Below, in pieces: positions 18,194 to 34,416 of a stretch of DNA of 64,000 nucleotides (its first letter is position 1; every line of letters starts with the position of its first letter). The notes beneath the pieces were generated by a model that worked only from the letters and a program-made list of their open reading frames with translations, searched no databases and was not told where the DNA came from. The DNA is from Paraspadella gotoi (lineage: Eukaryota > Animalia > Chaetognatha), in assembly GCA_051294375.1 (NCBI GenBank), contig CM119268.1, positions 22,819,427 through 22,883,426 of the forward strand, given 5' to 3'. The translations under genes were made by a program, and so were the position numbers.

Positions 18194-18477
18194 TTTTCCT
18201 TTATACTTTTTCCCTTTCTCTTTTACTTAATCCTCCTTTCTTCCTTCCCCTCTCTCTCTCCCCTCAGAGCCTCCGCATCCACGGCGGAAACGACAACGAG
18301 ACGTGGACGGAAGTCTTCGCGCAGCCGAACGAGACGGCGGCGTCGGGGAAGAGGTGCGTCTACGAGTTGGAGGATCGAACTCCCTTCAAGTTCCTCCGTC
18401 TGACGATCGATGAGATGAGAGACGCAGGGATGCATCCCTTGCTGCATCGGATCGTCATTAACGAGCTCCAATCTTGA
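17706..18477 (+). CDS. Single F5/8 type C (discoidin / galactose-binding-like) domain protein, 149 aa, no signal peptide
   Basis: Exons 17706-17945 and 18268-18477. Pattern LTASSS...FWLA...GWLCAEFDAPRVVGRV...LRIHGGNDNETWTEV...FKFLRLTI fits the discoidin jelly-roll consensus. Confidence 0.7.
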
Positions 18478-18957
18478 GACGTGGGAGAGCATTTGGAGGA
18501 TGTGGAAGGACATGGAAGGACATGGAAGGACATGGCGGACGTGGGAGACGATAACAAAGACGTAAAAAAAAACACAACATGGGATAGCCTATATTTTATA
18601 CCTCTCCTTCCGACGTCGCGCTTCGTATTATGTAACAGATCATTGATCAAAATACAAAAACTCCAAAAACACGGAAAAAAACTCGAAAAATAATATCATG
18701 AACTCTCACTGTTTCTCCTTTACGCGCGGTTTCTTTTTCTGTGCTGATTTTTCAATGATTACTGTTCCGATCAAAAAAATAAATATTTTACTGTTGCCCG
18801 TTTGCGAATATATCTCATTGACTCTTTAAATTAATTTTTTTTATATCATCTTCGAATTTGACGATTCGTTGTTACGATCGGTTTATTATTTTTTCCTCTT
18901 TGCGATTCCAAACCCAAAAAAAGGCACATAGTTCATTTTCTTCATTCGTCGATCTGA

Positions 18958-21900
18958 ATGGGCGGCAGCGACTCGAACTCTATGGATCGAAAGGAAAAGG
19001 GCTCACATCGCTCCCCCAATCGCCTGAGCGGCGTGCAGTCCGAGAGGCCGAATCTAAAGGGCTTGGCCGCGCCGGAAGGGCCGCACAAAGCCGGTGTGAC
19101 CGCGCCGGAAGGGCCGCACAAAGCCGGTGTGGCCGCGCCGGAAGGGCCGCAAAGAGCGAGTAATCGCCCTCGCTACGGGGAGAGGGCGTCGCCCGGCGGA
19201 GGCGACGCGAGGCAGGCGGCGTCGAAAAATAATGAGACTGGAGAATCGAGAAACGTTGGGAGGTGAATTGTATTTTTTTAATCTATCTCTTTAATCTTTA
19301 TTCAATCATTCAATAAATCGGTCATTTTGGGCGTATTTGAATAGGCAAGATAATGACAGAGCATGTCCCTGCTAGCTTTCAATCGAGACTATTTTACACT
19401 CCAGAGTTCTTGGCTTCCCTTTCAACGAGTCATTCCTTCACCACCCTCTTTTTCGCTCAGATTTCTCCCATGCGTCGAGACGTTGACGACCGAATTGGTG
19501 GAGGTGAGCCGACGGGGCTACGGGTTCGTGGTGGCGCCTCTCATCCACCCCCACCCTCCCAAATCGGACCACCTCGACGCCGACGACGACTTCTTCACTC
19601 ATCGCGGCGCCTTCACGAATTGCTTTAGGGATTTCACCAGCAACGACTGGGAGTCTTTGGTGGTGAGAGAAAGAGAGAGAGAGCGCGAGAGCGCATTCCA
19701 AGCTGAAGGCGGGCGCAAATAGATTAATTATATGACAGTATTTAGTATTTAATCTAGTAAATAAAGTTTAGTACAGGATACAGTAGTTTTAACGATATTG
19801 TAGGAAAGGATAAGTTTACTTTTTTGCATCGGTAAAAAAGTGCCGCCCTTGTTTTTAATCACGCGGGAAATTATTCGTATTACTCCTCTAATGACGCAGG
19901 ACAAGTGATAAGGGGGATATCCACGGGATTTTCCTTAAGGCGAAAGAGCAAAGAATTTTTCGATTCACCCATTTTTTCCCAATCCTTATTATCGTCCCTT
20001 TCCTTCTCCCCTCCCCTCCCCACGAAGGTCGGCTGCGTTCCGTCCTGGATTAACGTAGACGCGTCGTGTTCTTCGTTGAGGGAAAAGTCGTTCATCGCTT
20101 TGAAGCAGCAGTTTGCGCTCGCGTCGCATCTTTCTTTGCCGGGTAAGTAGCGTTGTCGTTGCGGCTGCTACTGTCGCTGCGTATTTAGCGGATTTTAAAG
20201 ATAGTGGTTTTTTTCTGTACTAATGAAACGAGTTAATTTATAAATTTGAAACCCTGAAATCGCGCAAGTAATGAAATAATTTTGACTTAAAGCCAATACG
20301 ACTATATGCAAATGAGAATGAAAGTACTAAATTTTATTTTCCATTGAATCAAAAGACCTTTTATATTACTAACAATATGAAATTGGTACAAACAAGCTAT
20401 CTTACCCCCACTTAGACTTCCTACAAGATAATAACATAAGCGATATTTTGAATACTACATACCATGATACCATGATACCATGATATTGGTTGTACCAATT
20501 TCATACAATCATTACCTTAACATACCTCTTCCTTCCCCCAGCCTTGATGATTCCCCTCCGCCAATCCTCCAGCGCCAACCTCGCGATGCTCTTGACATCC
20601 TACATACACAACGGACCCAATCAGCAGCTCTGGCTCCGCGTGCCGATGATGTCCGGTCAGCCAGAGTTTGAAGAGCTCTTCCTCTGCGAGAACGAACGAT
20701 GGACCCTCGATGAGAAAGATGAGGATGGCGACGACGACGACGCCGTTGGAAATTTGACCAAGTTGTGCGCGGCGTGCGAAGCGGCGGTGGCGGTGCCGGC
20801 GGGAAGGGAGAAGAGGAGGGAAGTTAAAGGTGGATTTTTTGAAAAAGAGAAGAACCTCTTGGGCGACTTAATTCAAATTTAATGCTATTTCAATCTTTGT
20901 TCTACGTACTCTTTACATAATTTATAAATTCATTATCAATCAAATCAATCAAGTAATAGGAGGAAGGAGTTTCTTTATCTCAATCTTCTCTCTTCCCCTT
21001 TCAGCTCCTCCATCCCATTCCTCCTCCCCTCTGCCCGACACCAGATCTCCCAAGACGGAATCCCTCGACGATTGGTCGGTCACCGTGGCGCCCTCCTCGC
21101 CGTTGACCGACAGACCCACGCCGCCGTCGACCGACGAGTCCGCCTGGTTCGTCGCCGAGTCTCTCCGCGCCGTCGCCGACGATCGCGTCGTGCAGCGGCC
21201 CGAGTCACGCGACGAGGATCCGTGGGAATGGTTCAACTGCGTCAGGGTTTTGTCGGGTGATTTGGATTTGATGGGATTGAGACTGTGAGAGTGGGAAGGA
21301 TAGTCTGGCCCTTTCTACCTCCATTGGGGAGATAAGTTTGAACCGCGATTCGTCATCTCAACTCTCTCTCTCTCACTCTCAACTGGCTGGAAGAATTTGC
21401 ATGAGATTCGCCGGGGAACTCAGCAGTTCTTAGCTTTGTGGCTTTTTAAAAGTTCAAACAAATCTTATTCGCCTTTGTACATTATTAAAATGTAAATATT
21501 ATAAACCATGTCTCCTCCCCTCATCTAAAATGTCGCCATTTCTCTTCCGCCCCCAAGACTCCGCCCTCCTCATCAACGTGGCCCTCGTCATCCCGCGCCA
21601 TCTTCCGTCCATCGGCGTTGTCCGTCGATGGCTCGGCGAGAAGATCCGTTGCGCCATATTGCCCACCAGCGTCTTTAGGATTAACGAGCGAGGTGAGGCG
21701 GGGGGAGGATTGGGGGGCGTGTTGATTTTTAAAATTTAAAATCTCCCGCTTAATTTCAAGGATATCCCGTCCTTCCGATGTCTCATCAAGTCTTCCTTCA
21801 TAAACTGATGAAGATGAAGACTCAGTTCGTGATCGCCGGCCCAGTTCGTTCCGCGGCGGAGGACACGCTTTATCGAGTTTACGTCGAGTATCTTTACAGG

Positions 21901-24722
21901 CGAGTCAGTCGCAGAGTAATAGTAGTTCAATTCAAATGAGACTTTTATATAATAAGAAAAAGTTATTAAAAGGTATGATACGACAATTGCATATTTAAGT
22001 ATATTATTTGGAAAACTAAATCAATTTATCTCTAACGTTAAAAGTAATTAGGAAGTACAAATGTCAAACCGATTTAAAAAATATAATGAATACGCCAAAC
22101 TGCTGCAATATGCAAATAAGATTTAAGAATACATCTATTGAAAATGAATGAGTTTTTTTGCTACTGTTGGACTTTTGATAAACATTTAGAATTTTAGATC
22201 TGTTTTCCATTTAACTTCGTGTTCATAAAAGATCCAAATGTTTATCAAAAGTTTGTGTCTCACACTACAGATCTCGTTTTCAAATAGTTTAAAAGTATTC
22301 CAAGGAATTAATTTCTATTACTTTTTTTAACAGGAGCCAACCGCCGCCCTTCAATCCGGACATGGAGCGCTTCGCCTTGAGCTACAGGGATTTTCTCTCC
22401 GTTCCCTCGCAACCGCTCGTCGACGAGATCGACTCCTTCGTCTTCGAAGGATACGAGAGGCGAGTATTGATTATTTGTATTAAATTATGTATTATTATTA
22501 CATTATCCAATTAGAATTCTTTATTTGATAACGTTTTGTTATCGTCTGCAGCGATCGATCGAAGAACATCCTTTACTTCGAGGCGATGAAGGCGGCTTTG
22601 ACGGACAAGTTGAGCGAAGACGCTGATCGAGGTTGTCGGTCTAGAATCTCTCCACTCTTTAAAACCAAGGGGAAAAAATCCGAATGGAACAACGAAATTA
22701 TTAACCCTATCATTATTAAACCCTATTAAATGTATTGCTAAAACTTGAGTGAAAACCTTACAAAAAATACGAAAAACGATCTAAACCGCTACAATATGTA
22801 AATGAGATTGAAGAACTTAATCTCATTTGAAATGAAACCACATGTTATTCTGCTCCACTCATTTTGTAAGTCCTTTTCTTTTTCGACAGAGTTCATCGTG
22901 ATGGTGTTGCTCGCAGCGAGAGGAAATCTAGTCAAGCTCTCTCTCAAGGCCGCCAAATCTTGCGGGGCTCGGATAAAGGTGAAAGAGAGGAAGGGAGAAA
23001 GAGAGAGAGAGAGAGAGATTAATCTCTTTTTTTTTCTCAGGTTTTAGCAGTGGAACCCAATTCTAACGCCGTCTCCTCTCTTAATCTCTTTTACGGCGAC
23101 AAACCGGAAGTGAAGATCGTCAGCGGCGTCGATTCGATTCAAGGACGAAAAGGTCGAAAATGTTCCTTTTGCGCATGCGTCAACTTTAAAAAAAAAAGAA
23201 CAAGAACCAAAGTTTCTTGATTTTCAGTTGACATTATGGTTTCCGATCTCCTCGGATCTTTCGCCTGCGATTCTCTCAACCCGGAAGTCGTCGACTTCGC
23301 GATGCGGAATTTCCTCCGCGACGACGGCATCGTCATTCCTTCCGGTTGTGAACAAAAAAAAAAAAGACATTTACATTCTTCGTTAAATAATAACTAAACA
23401 ATGAATTAATAATATACAGAGTACACGTCCTTCGCGGCCCCGATTCAATCCCCGACTCTCCTCAACCGAGTCCGCGTCGTCAAAGAGCCCAACCATTTGT
23501 TCCACGACGATTTCCCCTACGAGACGATGTACGTGACGCTGCTCAACAATTGCTGCGTCATCGCTGAGCCGAAACCCGTTTTCGAATTTCGTCACTTCTC
23601 GCCCGGTTATCCGGGAAGAGGAGTTAAAAGGTTTGGGGAAGGCGATGGAGCGAGCCCGGCGGGCGGGGAGGGAGTAAAAGGTTAGGGGAAAGCGATGGAG
23701 TGAGCCCGGCGGGCGGGGAGGGAGTAAAAGGTTAAAAGGTTTGAGGAAGGCGATGGAGCGAGCCGGCGGGGAGGGAGTAAAAGGTTAGGGGAAGGCGATG
23801 GAGCGAGCCCGGCGGGCGGGGAGGCAGTGATAATATAAGATCTTGTTATTCATCACCATTGCCATTGCTAAAGACTCGAAATGACTTGTGAAAACCCTAA
23901 AAATTAAAACTGGAAAATCAACTCAACAATATGAGAATGAGATTTAGAAATTCGATCTCATTTTAAGATCACATTAAATAATAATCTCTTTTAAAAGTGG
24001 GCGTATTAATTATCTAGATTTCTTTTCTTTCCTTTCCAGTCATATTCACCTTCTCTCCGCGGATCTTCATCTCTGCCAATTCCGCTCGTTGGAATGGCTC
24101 GTCGACCGTGACTCTCTTTGCCACGGATTCGCCGGATATTTCCGAGCGACTCTCTACAAATCGACGCGGGTGTCGACGCTGCCCGAGTCGCACACGGTCG
24201 GACTCATCTCTTGGTTTCCCGCCTTCTTTCCACTCAGGAATCCGCAGCATTTACGTCGAGGTGAGGTTCGAATTGTGGGAACAAATGGTATTAATGATCT
24301 TTCTGGTTTTCTGTAATTTGCCCTCGCCTCACCTTTGGCTGAAATCTGACGTTTTAACATTTGTCCAGGCGAGCTATTGGCGGCGTCATTTTGGCGCCGG
24401 TCGCGGCCCCAACGCGCTTGGTACGAGTGGACGCTCCTGTCCCCGAGGTGGGTGTTATTGCCGCAGTTGACTTCTTTTAATTCTTGGCTTCACCTTTTTT
24501 TTTGCTTTCACTCCTGATTTTATTTGCAGACCGATGCCCGTTCACAACCTCAAGGGACGCGCCCACTATTTTGTCCTTAAGTTTCCATTTCCGATCGAAG
24601 ATTCGAATGACGACAACAAAAATGACGTCTTCACCACCGCCACCCCTCATAAAGCGAAGGCTTCGGCGACAGCCTCTGCTGTAGCCACAATCGTTGTTGA
24701 CGCGACTCTTCGACAAGCCTGA
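18958..24722 (+). CDS. PRMT5-family protein (TIM barrel, Rossmann and beta-barrel domains), divergent, with degenerate catalytic motifs
   Basis: About 16 exons. Motifs [76 protein letters not shown] and PVHNLKGR are collinear with PRMT5. The exon junction near 23605-24040 is ambiguous. Confidence 0.85.
22783..22858 (+). repeat. Representative copy of a dispersed ~75-bp intronic repeat (ACAATATGCAAATGAGATT...AATCTCATTTGAAATGAACCAC...TTCTGC)
   Basis: Related copies at ~7920, 16740, 20293, 22097, 23920, 41169 and 63360 (+), and ~3476 and ~30078 (-). Confidence 0.75.
23631..23825. repeat. G-rich minisatellite (~48-55 bp unit, ~4 copies) in a PRMT5-like intron
   Basis: GGGGAAGGCGATGGAGCGAGCCCGGCGGGCGGGGAGGGAGTAAAAGGTT is repeated. 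Confidence 0.85.
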
Positions 24723-25699
24723 GCTCATGAACCACGGAAAATTCTTTCTTAAATTACCTTTTCTGAACTTCCTTCGTATCTCGATCATGATTCTAAAGCG
24801 TGCATAGATTTTTGCGCCCGAAAAAAAAAACCAAAAAAAAAAAAAACCCAAGCGAAAATTCGCGCGGCCTTTTTTGTATAATGATTCGTTCTTTTAAAAA
24901 TTTCGCAAAAAAAAACAAACAAAAAAACAAAAAAAGTCGTTCTGTGATTAATCATGAAAAATTACAAATTTTTGTTTTAATCCTGTTTTGATAGAATTCG
25001 TTTATGATTGTTGCTTCTGCCTAGTGCAAAATATGCATTTTAACGTAATGCAACGGTCTAGTTTTCCTTTTACTTTTCATACTCCTTCCAGAAACAATTA
25101 TGATTGTTATGCGTTTGTGCCTTAGGTTGCTTTGATATTTTCCTCATCACAGATAATGTCAGATATACTCCATGGCATTTCCGCTCCGTTCAATCGATGA
25201 CTAAATTACGACTGTGTGTGATGCTTCGTGCGGCCGATTTCCGTGACTCCGTCCTCACAAATTCTGAGGGAAACTATGCAAGTGAGAGACTTCACATACG
25301 ACTTGCGGGACGACTGTGGTAAGAGGGAATGTTACGCAAATTCAACTTTAGTTTAATAAAATATAATCCAACTAATTTTTATATCTGGTGGTGTCTCTCT
25401 CATATAATATAAATGACTCGACAAATGAGAGAAAGCATCTACTGATATTTGATCTTGACTGGCTCGAAAATCGACATTAAGAATCTTCAAAAATTCAGGA
25501 CTTAAAAAACAAATTGTTGTATTTGTTAATGAAAGGAATGTCAGTTTAACAATACAAGACCGCATGTATTTCCAGTAAAACTTCCTCCAATTTATAAATT
25601 TTAACGATAACTATCCTTATAATTATATTGAGTTAAATTTGGAGAGCCGGCAGACAAGGCAGTCCTTCTTCCCCTCCCTTGTCTTCTTCCATCAAACTC

Positions 25700-28336
<2,637 letters not shown>

Positions 28337-29237
28337 CGTTAAATTGCTTTTCGAGAAAGTTCTGAAAAATATTTTTAAAAGCGAATTATAAATTAAGAGG
28401 ATGATGTTGGATTGTTGGTAACAAAATCGTTTTTTTTAAAGAGGTTATTTTCAAATCACGAGTTTCTCGGTTTCGCAAATTGAAGATCAACAGATGAGTT
28501 ACTCAAACTGCCACAATGGAAGAATGAATTCATTTCTGAAGCCGGTCTGACTCTCGAGTCGTCATTCCGCCCGCCAAGCCAAACCTCGCCGCCTTCAACG
28601 GACCAACTCATTTTCTTTTCTTTTCTTTTCTTTTCTTTTTTTCTTTCTTTCTCTCTCTCGTTTTGCTCGAATCTGATTGGTTGATTTCGAGCGACGCGAC
28701 TCGAGACTCTTTGATGCTAAACGACATCTGTTGATGGATTTGAAAACGAAAACAAAAGCGAATTCGACTTTTACATGGAATAATGCGACTGGGTTGGCTT
28801 GGAAAACAGGGTTCGATTCGGAATGAAAACTTTACTGGCATTTCGCCAGTTTTCAAAAGACAGCAATTTCAACTTTATTTTGTTTTGGAAGTTTGTGGGT
28901 CAAAGAAAATAATGAGATACTTGTGAGCACCATATTCTTATAACTGTAAATGGTGTTATCGTTATTTGGTGAGTTTGAATTGAGTTAATATCTTTTATCT
29001 TGTTTTACGTTAAACTAAATGTTGTGACTCATTAAAATTAAATAATGAAATGTATAAATAAAATATTAATTAAATTATTCAATCAAACCACAACAATCTG
29101 AAAATAAGTAATTTGTAATGATTCACAAATTCCTCTGCTACATTACTGAGAGAATTGAAGGACGCGACGGTCCCTGATTTTCTAAACCTCATATTTAAAA
29201 AACCTAAATATTTTTTTTCCAGACAAAAGAAAAAAAG

Positions 29238-31562
29238 ATGAATTCTATCGATCGATTGATTCTCTTTGTGCGAAAAATGAGAGAAGGAGTAGAAAGAGAA
29301 GTCGACGAAATCCAAGATGAAAACGAAAAGATTCGCGAATCGATGCGTCAAAGTGTTGTTGTTGTTGTAGCGGAACCAAAACAGACTGTGGTGAGTGGCA
29401 GAGTTGGCTTCCTCTAATCTGTAACCTGTCGAGAGATGCTAACGCTTGTTTAAGTTCGGCTTTGAATGATGGATGAGATGATGATATTGATAATTTTGAC
29501 TTTAAACAATTGATAATTGAATGATCGATTGATTGGGTTTTGATGGAAGTTTTAAGATTACTTGTTTTAAAGATATCTTTGCACTTTCCCCGTATCCGCT
29601 GACGATATTTTGAAAGAAATTTTTGTCGAAATATTGGAAAATATAGTTTTAATATTATTAAAGTAATAATTTTTGTAAAAAAAAACATTCTTAAATTAGT
29701 ACAACATAATTTAATAATAATAATTAGTGATAATTATTAAAATCTTAATGTCATAATGACTTAGTTTTTTTTTCATGTTAGGTCGAAACACCCAAGCAAC
29801 CGCCTCCGCCTCCACCGGAAGTTGAGGATGATGAGAGACTCCAAGCGGCGGAGATCGAAGTCGCCGTCGAAAACGCGCGAAGAATCTTGAGGTCGCTGCG
29901 TCTCACCGTCCCCGAACTCGGGAAAGGGTGAGTTAGAAAAGACTTCTAATAATACATAATTCCATTTGTAAAGCTACAATAACTCTATGAAATATCTAAA
30001 TATTATTTTGAAAACAATCATTAATGATCCTTTCAAAAGTATCTCTAAAATAATTTTAAAAAACTCGAATTATAAGATATTTTGCATATTAAAGCAGTTT
30101 AGGTTATTTCTTATATCAGATAGCAGAACTAAAAACTTTTTTTAGTTCCGAACGAAATGTCGACAGTTCCAGAGAGAACGACGATTCGGAAGGGAATAAC
30201 AACAACAACAACAACGATCAGACAACTTTCCGTCCCGTTTCTTTCTCATCTACGAAATCATCGAATCGCGTCCCTCCTCCGTCGTCGTCGTCTTCTCGAT
30301 CATCCGTCACTCAGAAATCAAACTCGAGAATTTCATCTTCGTCTCGCCCTCCATCCTCTCGCCCTCCATCCTCTCGCCCTCCATCCTCTCGCCTTCCTTC
30401 GGCCAAAGGTCGATCCTCCGTCGTCCTTCCGCCCGCGTCCCGAACTCGCCCGAGCCAACCCGCTCCGGCTCCAACTCGAAACGTTCGTCACAACGCCGCT
30501 CGTCCCGACGGCCGTCACACCGCCCCGTCGACGTCGACGAATCGGCGACGCGTAGATTGCTCTTCCGCTCGCAGAGATGGCGCTGGTGTTGCGGCGACTA
30601 CGAGTGGACCCAAACCGGTGCCTAACGTCTTGCAATCCCTTCCTTCCGCTCGACGGACGAAAGCTGTTCCCGATGCCCTCCAAGACATTGCGGTCTCGAA
30701 GCCCGATCGTCTCAAATCGTCCGTCGGTGAAGAAATCGGCGCCACTCGTTCCACGAAGGCTCCGCTTCGACTTTCGCCGCTGACCAAATATTTCCTCGAT
30801 CCATCCTTCGTCAACGAAGCCAACGCCGACGCGTTCGAGTCGCTGCGCAAGAAGTTACGTCTCGGACGGAAACTGACGACTCGGTTAGAAGCAGTGGGAA
30901 AAGGCGGCGCGGCGGAGGAAGTGGCTGAGGCGAAGGCGAATTTCCTTAGAAAGCTGAAGCGCGCCGCCGAAGATGAGGGACGAACTGTTGAGGATTTGTC
31001 GTCGCCCGACAAGGACGATCGTGTTTCCCTCAACCATTATCGTCGTTCCTGTCACGACTGCGTTCGTCTTTTTGCCGTCACGAATCGTCTCAGCGCGAGT
31101 CTTCGTCTCGCGACGAACGACTGGCGACGAAGAACTGAAGCGACGATCGCCGCTGATCGTCGTAAGGCTCGTCTCGCGGTGGAATCGATCCTACGACGCT
31201 ACGATCCTCTACCGGATCGAGGGATCCAGTTGTTGTCCGTCTGCTCCAAGTTCCAGTCGATCGCGGAGGAGAAGACCGAAGATCCTTTCGAAGGCGGAGA
31301 TTCTACTCCACCTTTGGATCTCCTGTGTCGGCCGACTCTGCGCTACGCGGAACCGGAGGCGATGAAGCGGTTCGTCGCTACGCGGGTGGAAAATGCCGCG
31401 CTTACGATACAGAACGAGATTCTGTTACGATCGCTGAAGATCCTCAACGCGATGATTTCAAATGTGGATCCGAACGACGAGACTTTTGTTCACGTGATTA
31501 AGATGACGTCGTCGATCCTGAATTATTGCGGAGAGAAAGAACCCATTGTGATTTCGAGATGA
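29238..31562 (+). CDS. Probable TEDC2 (C16orf59)-like tubulin epsilon/delta complex protein
   Basis: Exons 29238-29390, 29782-29927, 30146-31562. Helical N-terminus, EIEVAVENARRI, Ser/Pro-rich linker, AKANFLRKL, PTLRY...ENAALTIQNEI and terminal SSILNYCGEKEPIVI resemble recalled TEDC2 blocks. Not confirmed by a search. Confidence 0.5.
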
Positions 31563-31710
31563 TCTCAACTTCGAAGCCAATTTTTTTGTTAACATTTGTT
31601 TTCTAAGTCATTTGTTAAATGTTGTTACTTTTTTCAGAAGCGTGCAAAGGCTGTGATATGAACATGATCTGGAGATAGTAGTCAAACTTAAAACTCCTAC
31701 AGAATCGACG

Positions 31711-34385
31711 ATGCAGGTTTCCAACCCGAACGAGATCAAAATCTACAATTTGAGTCAGGGACCAACTCTCCCGGAATGGCTCGCCAACAGGAAGAACAAA
31801 AAGGACGATTTGAACTTTCGTCGTCGCGTGGAGCTGATTCAGGATTTCGAGATGCCCCACATCACCGACGGGGTCGTCTGCACCGACGGTACACGAGTGG
31901 TTGAGTCGATTTACTTCTCCTGATACAATTTTTTATATTTTTTATATTCATTTCAGACGGACATTACATTTTGACGTACGGTCTTTACAAGCCGCGCATT
32001 CGTTGTTACGACGTTAGGAACCTTTCGATGAAGTTTGAGCGATGCACCGATTCGGAAATCATAAAGGTTGGATCCATCCGTGTCTTTGACTAAAATGACA
32101 ACGAAACTTTTCATTAACCAGCGATCGATTTTTCTCAGATGTGCATGTTGAGCGAGGATTATTCCAAACCCGTTCTACTTCAAGCCGATCGATACGTCGA
32201 GTTTCACGCGCAGTACGGACGGTATTATCGAACCCGGATTCCTAAGGTACGCAGATTTTGACAAAGTTTGATCGACGGTTAATGTTAATAATCAATAGAT
32301 AACCCAACTTGTCTTTGCCCCTTAGCCTGGTCGGGATTTCTTGTACCACCCGGAACACTGCGAGCTTTATTTCGTGGGCGCGATGCCCGAGATTCACCGG
32401 TTAAATTTGGAGCGAGGTTCGTCATTTATTCATTCGTTTTAATTTGTTTGTTAAGTTATGCTTAAATTGCTTAAATTATTACATTTCTAGGTCAGTTCAT
32501 GAAGCCATTGATGAGCGAAGGCCCTGAGGTCAACGTTTGCGCCTTGAATCCTCATCACCACCTCTTCCTGTGCGGGACGCAGGAGGGAAAGATCGAAGCC
32601 TGGGATCCCAGGGATCGGCGTCGAGTCGGCCTTCTCGACGTCGCCGTCCACGCCCTCGCCGACGACGCCGGGGATCTTCGTCAAATCCCCGAGATCACGG
32701 CGCTCTCCTTCAAAGACTCTCTCCTCTTCGGCGTCGGGACTTCGAGCGGAAAAACTCTCATCTTCGATCTCAGAGTCGACAAACCTGCGATCGTTAAGGA
32801 TCATCAAAACGATTTGCCAATCAAGAAGATTCTATTTCACAAAGGTATTTTAGATTTACTATTTATTTATTTATAAGAATAAAATGGTGATTTATTTATA
32901 CTTGTGAACTGTATCGAAGAATAAAAAAGGGGCAAATTAAATATAATAACACTATTATAAGATAATATAATAGCAATTTATCGATTATTAAATAACCTTT
33001 GGGTTGGGAGGCGAATGACTTGCTTCCTGCACCAATGGCCGCTGATAAACAGTTGGTGGATTTTAGTCCACCATAAAACAATAATTAATAATATTTTCAC
33101 TCAAAAGGTGGTCAACGTTCGGATTTGGTTTTGTCCGCCGATTCCAAAATCCTTAAACTCTGGCATCACAACGACGCAGGAAAGATTTTCACTTCGATCG
33201 AACCTGAAGATCGAATCAATGATTTGACAGTCGTCGATGCCGACTCGGGTCTCATCTTGATGCCGACGGAGACGCAGAAAGTCCAAGTGGGTCTAGTTTG
33301 GGGAAGAGGGGCGTCTTCGTTTCTCTCTCCTTCTTAATCTGACTTCTAAAAAGATCCGATTCCTCCTTCTCAGGTCTACTACGTGCCCTCCCTGGGCGTG
33401 GCCCCCAAGTGGTGCCACTTCTTGGACAATCTGACTGAGGAGTTGGAGGAAAACCCAAATCCTGAAGTCTACGACGATTACAAGTTCGTGACGGCGACGG
33501 AGCTGGAGTCTCTCGGCCTCACCCACCTCGTGGGCACGCCCCTCCTTCGCGCCTACATGCACGGACACTTTGTCGACGTGCGGTTGTACCGAAAGGCGAA
33601 GGCGCTCGCCAACCCTTTCGCCTACGAGGAGTTCAAGAAGGGAAAGATCAAGGAGAAGCTCGAGAGTCAAACGGAGAAGAGGTTCGTTGAGAGCAAGTAG
33701 CGAGTACGAGTGGAGCAACTCTTTGCTCTTTTGGTCTATCTTATTTCTGTTTTAAATGCCCATTAATCATATGAAAACTGAATCAATTATCGTTTATTCT
33801 TGGTAGACGGGTAATTTATTATTTAACACATTCTTGCGTAATTACATTATCATCTGGAGGTCTTCTCCAATAAATAGCAAGTTGATCTCCTCCTTTCATT
33901 TCTCTCTTTTCCCCAGAGTGAAACTGGATCAACTCCCGACGGTGAATCGCGACCTAGCCAAGCGATTGGCGGAGGCGGCGCAAACCGACGCCGCTGGACT
34001 CGAGCCCGTCGGATCCAAAGAGAAGAAGAAGGCGGCCAAGGCGCGGAAGGCCGCCGGCGCCCTCGCCGACGACCGGTTCCAGAAGATGTTCCAAAACCCG
34101 GATTTTCAGGTTCTTATGGAATATGGATATTATCTGTGCTTCGGGGGCTGGCGTTTCAGTTTTGTGAATCATTCACACTGCTAAATAATATTAATTAATA
34201 AATATGGGAAAATTAGAAAATAAATAAAATATTGAAACAGAACCGAAACCAATACCATAAATACCCTAATATATTACAAATTGTTTATTTTCAGATCGAC
34301 AAAGAATCGGAAGAATACAAGAACATTCTTCCTGTCGTCGAGAGTCTTCAGCAAAAAAGAAGCGAGAATCGGAACCTCGTTTCAC

Positions 34386-34416
<31 letters not shown>

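Noticed and set aside
25104-25322. 72-aa ORF or possible C/D snoRNA between the convergent PRMT5-like and UAP56 3' ends
   Set aside because: No ATG start, no recognisable motif, and no canonical box C with a terminal stem.
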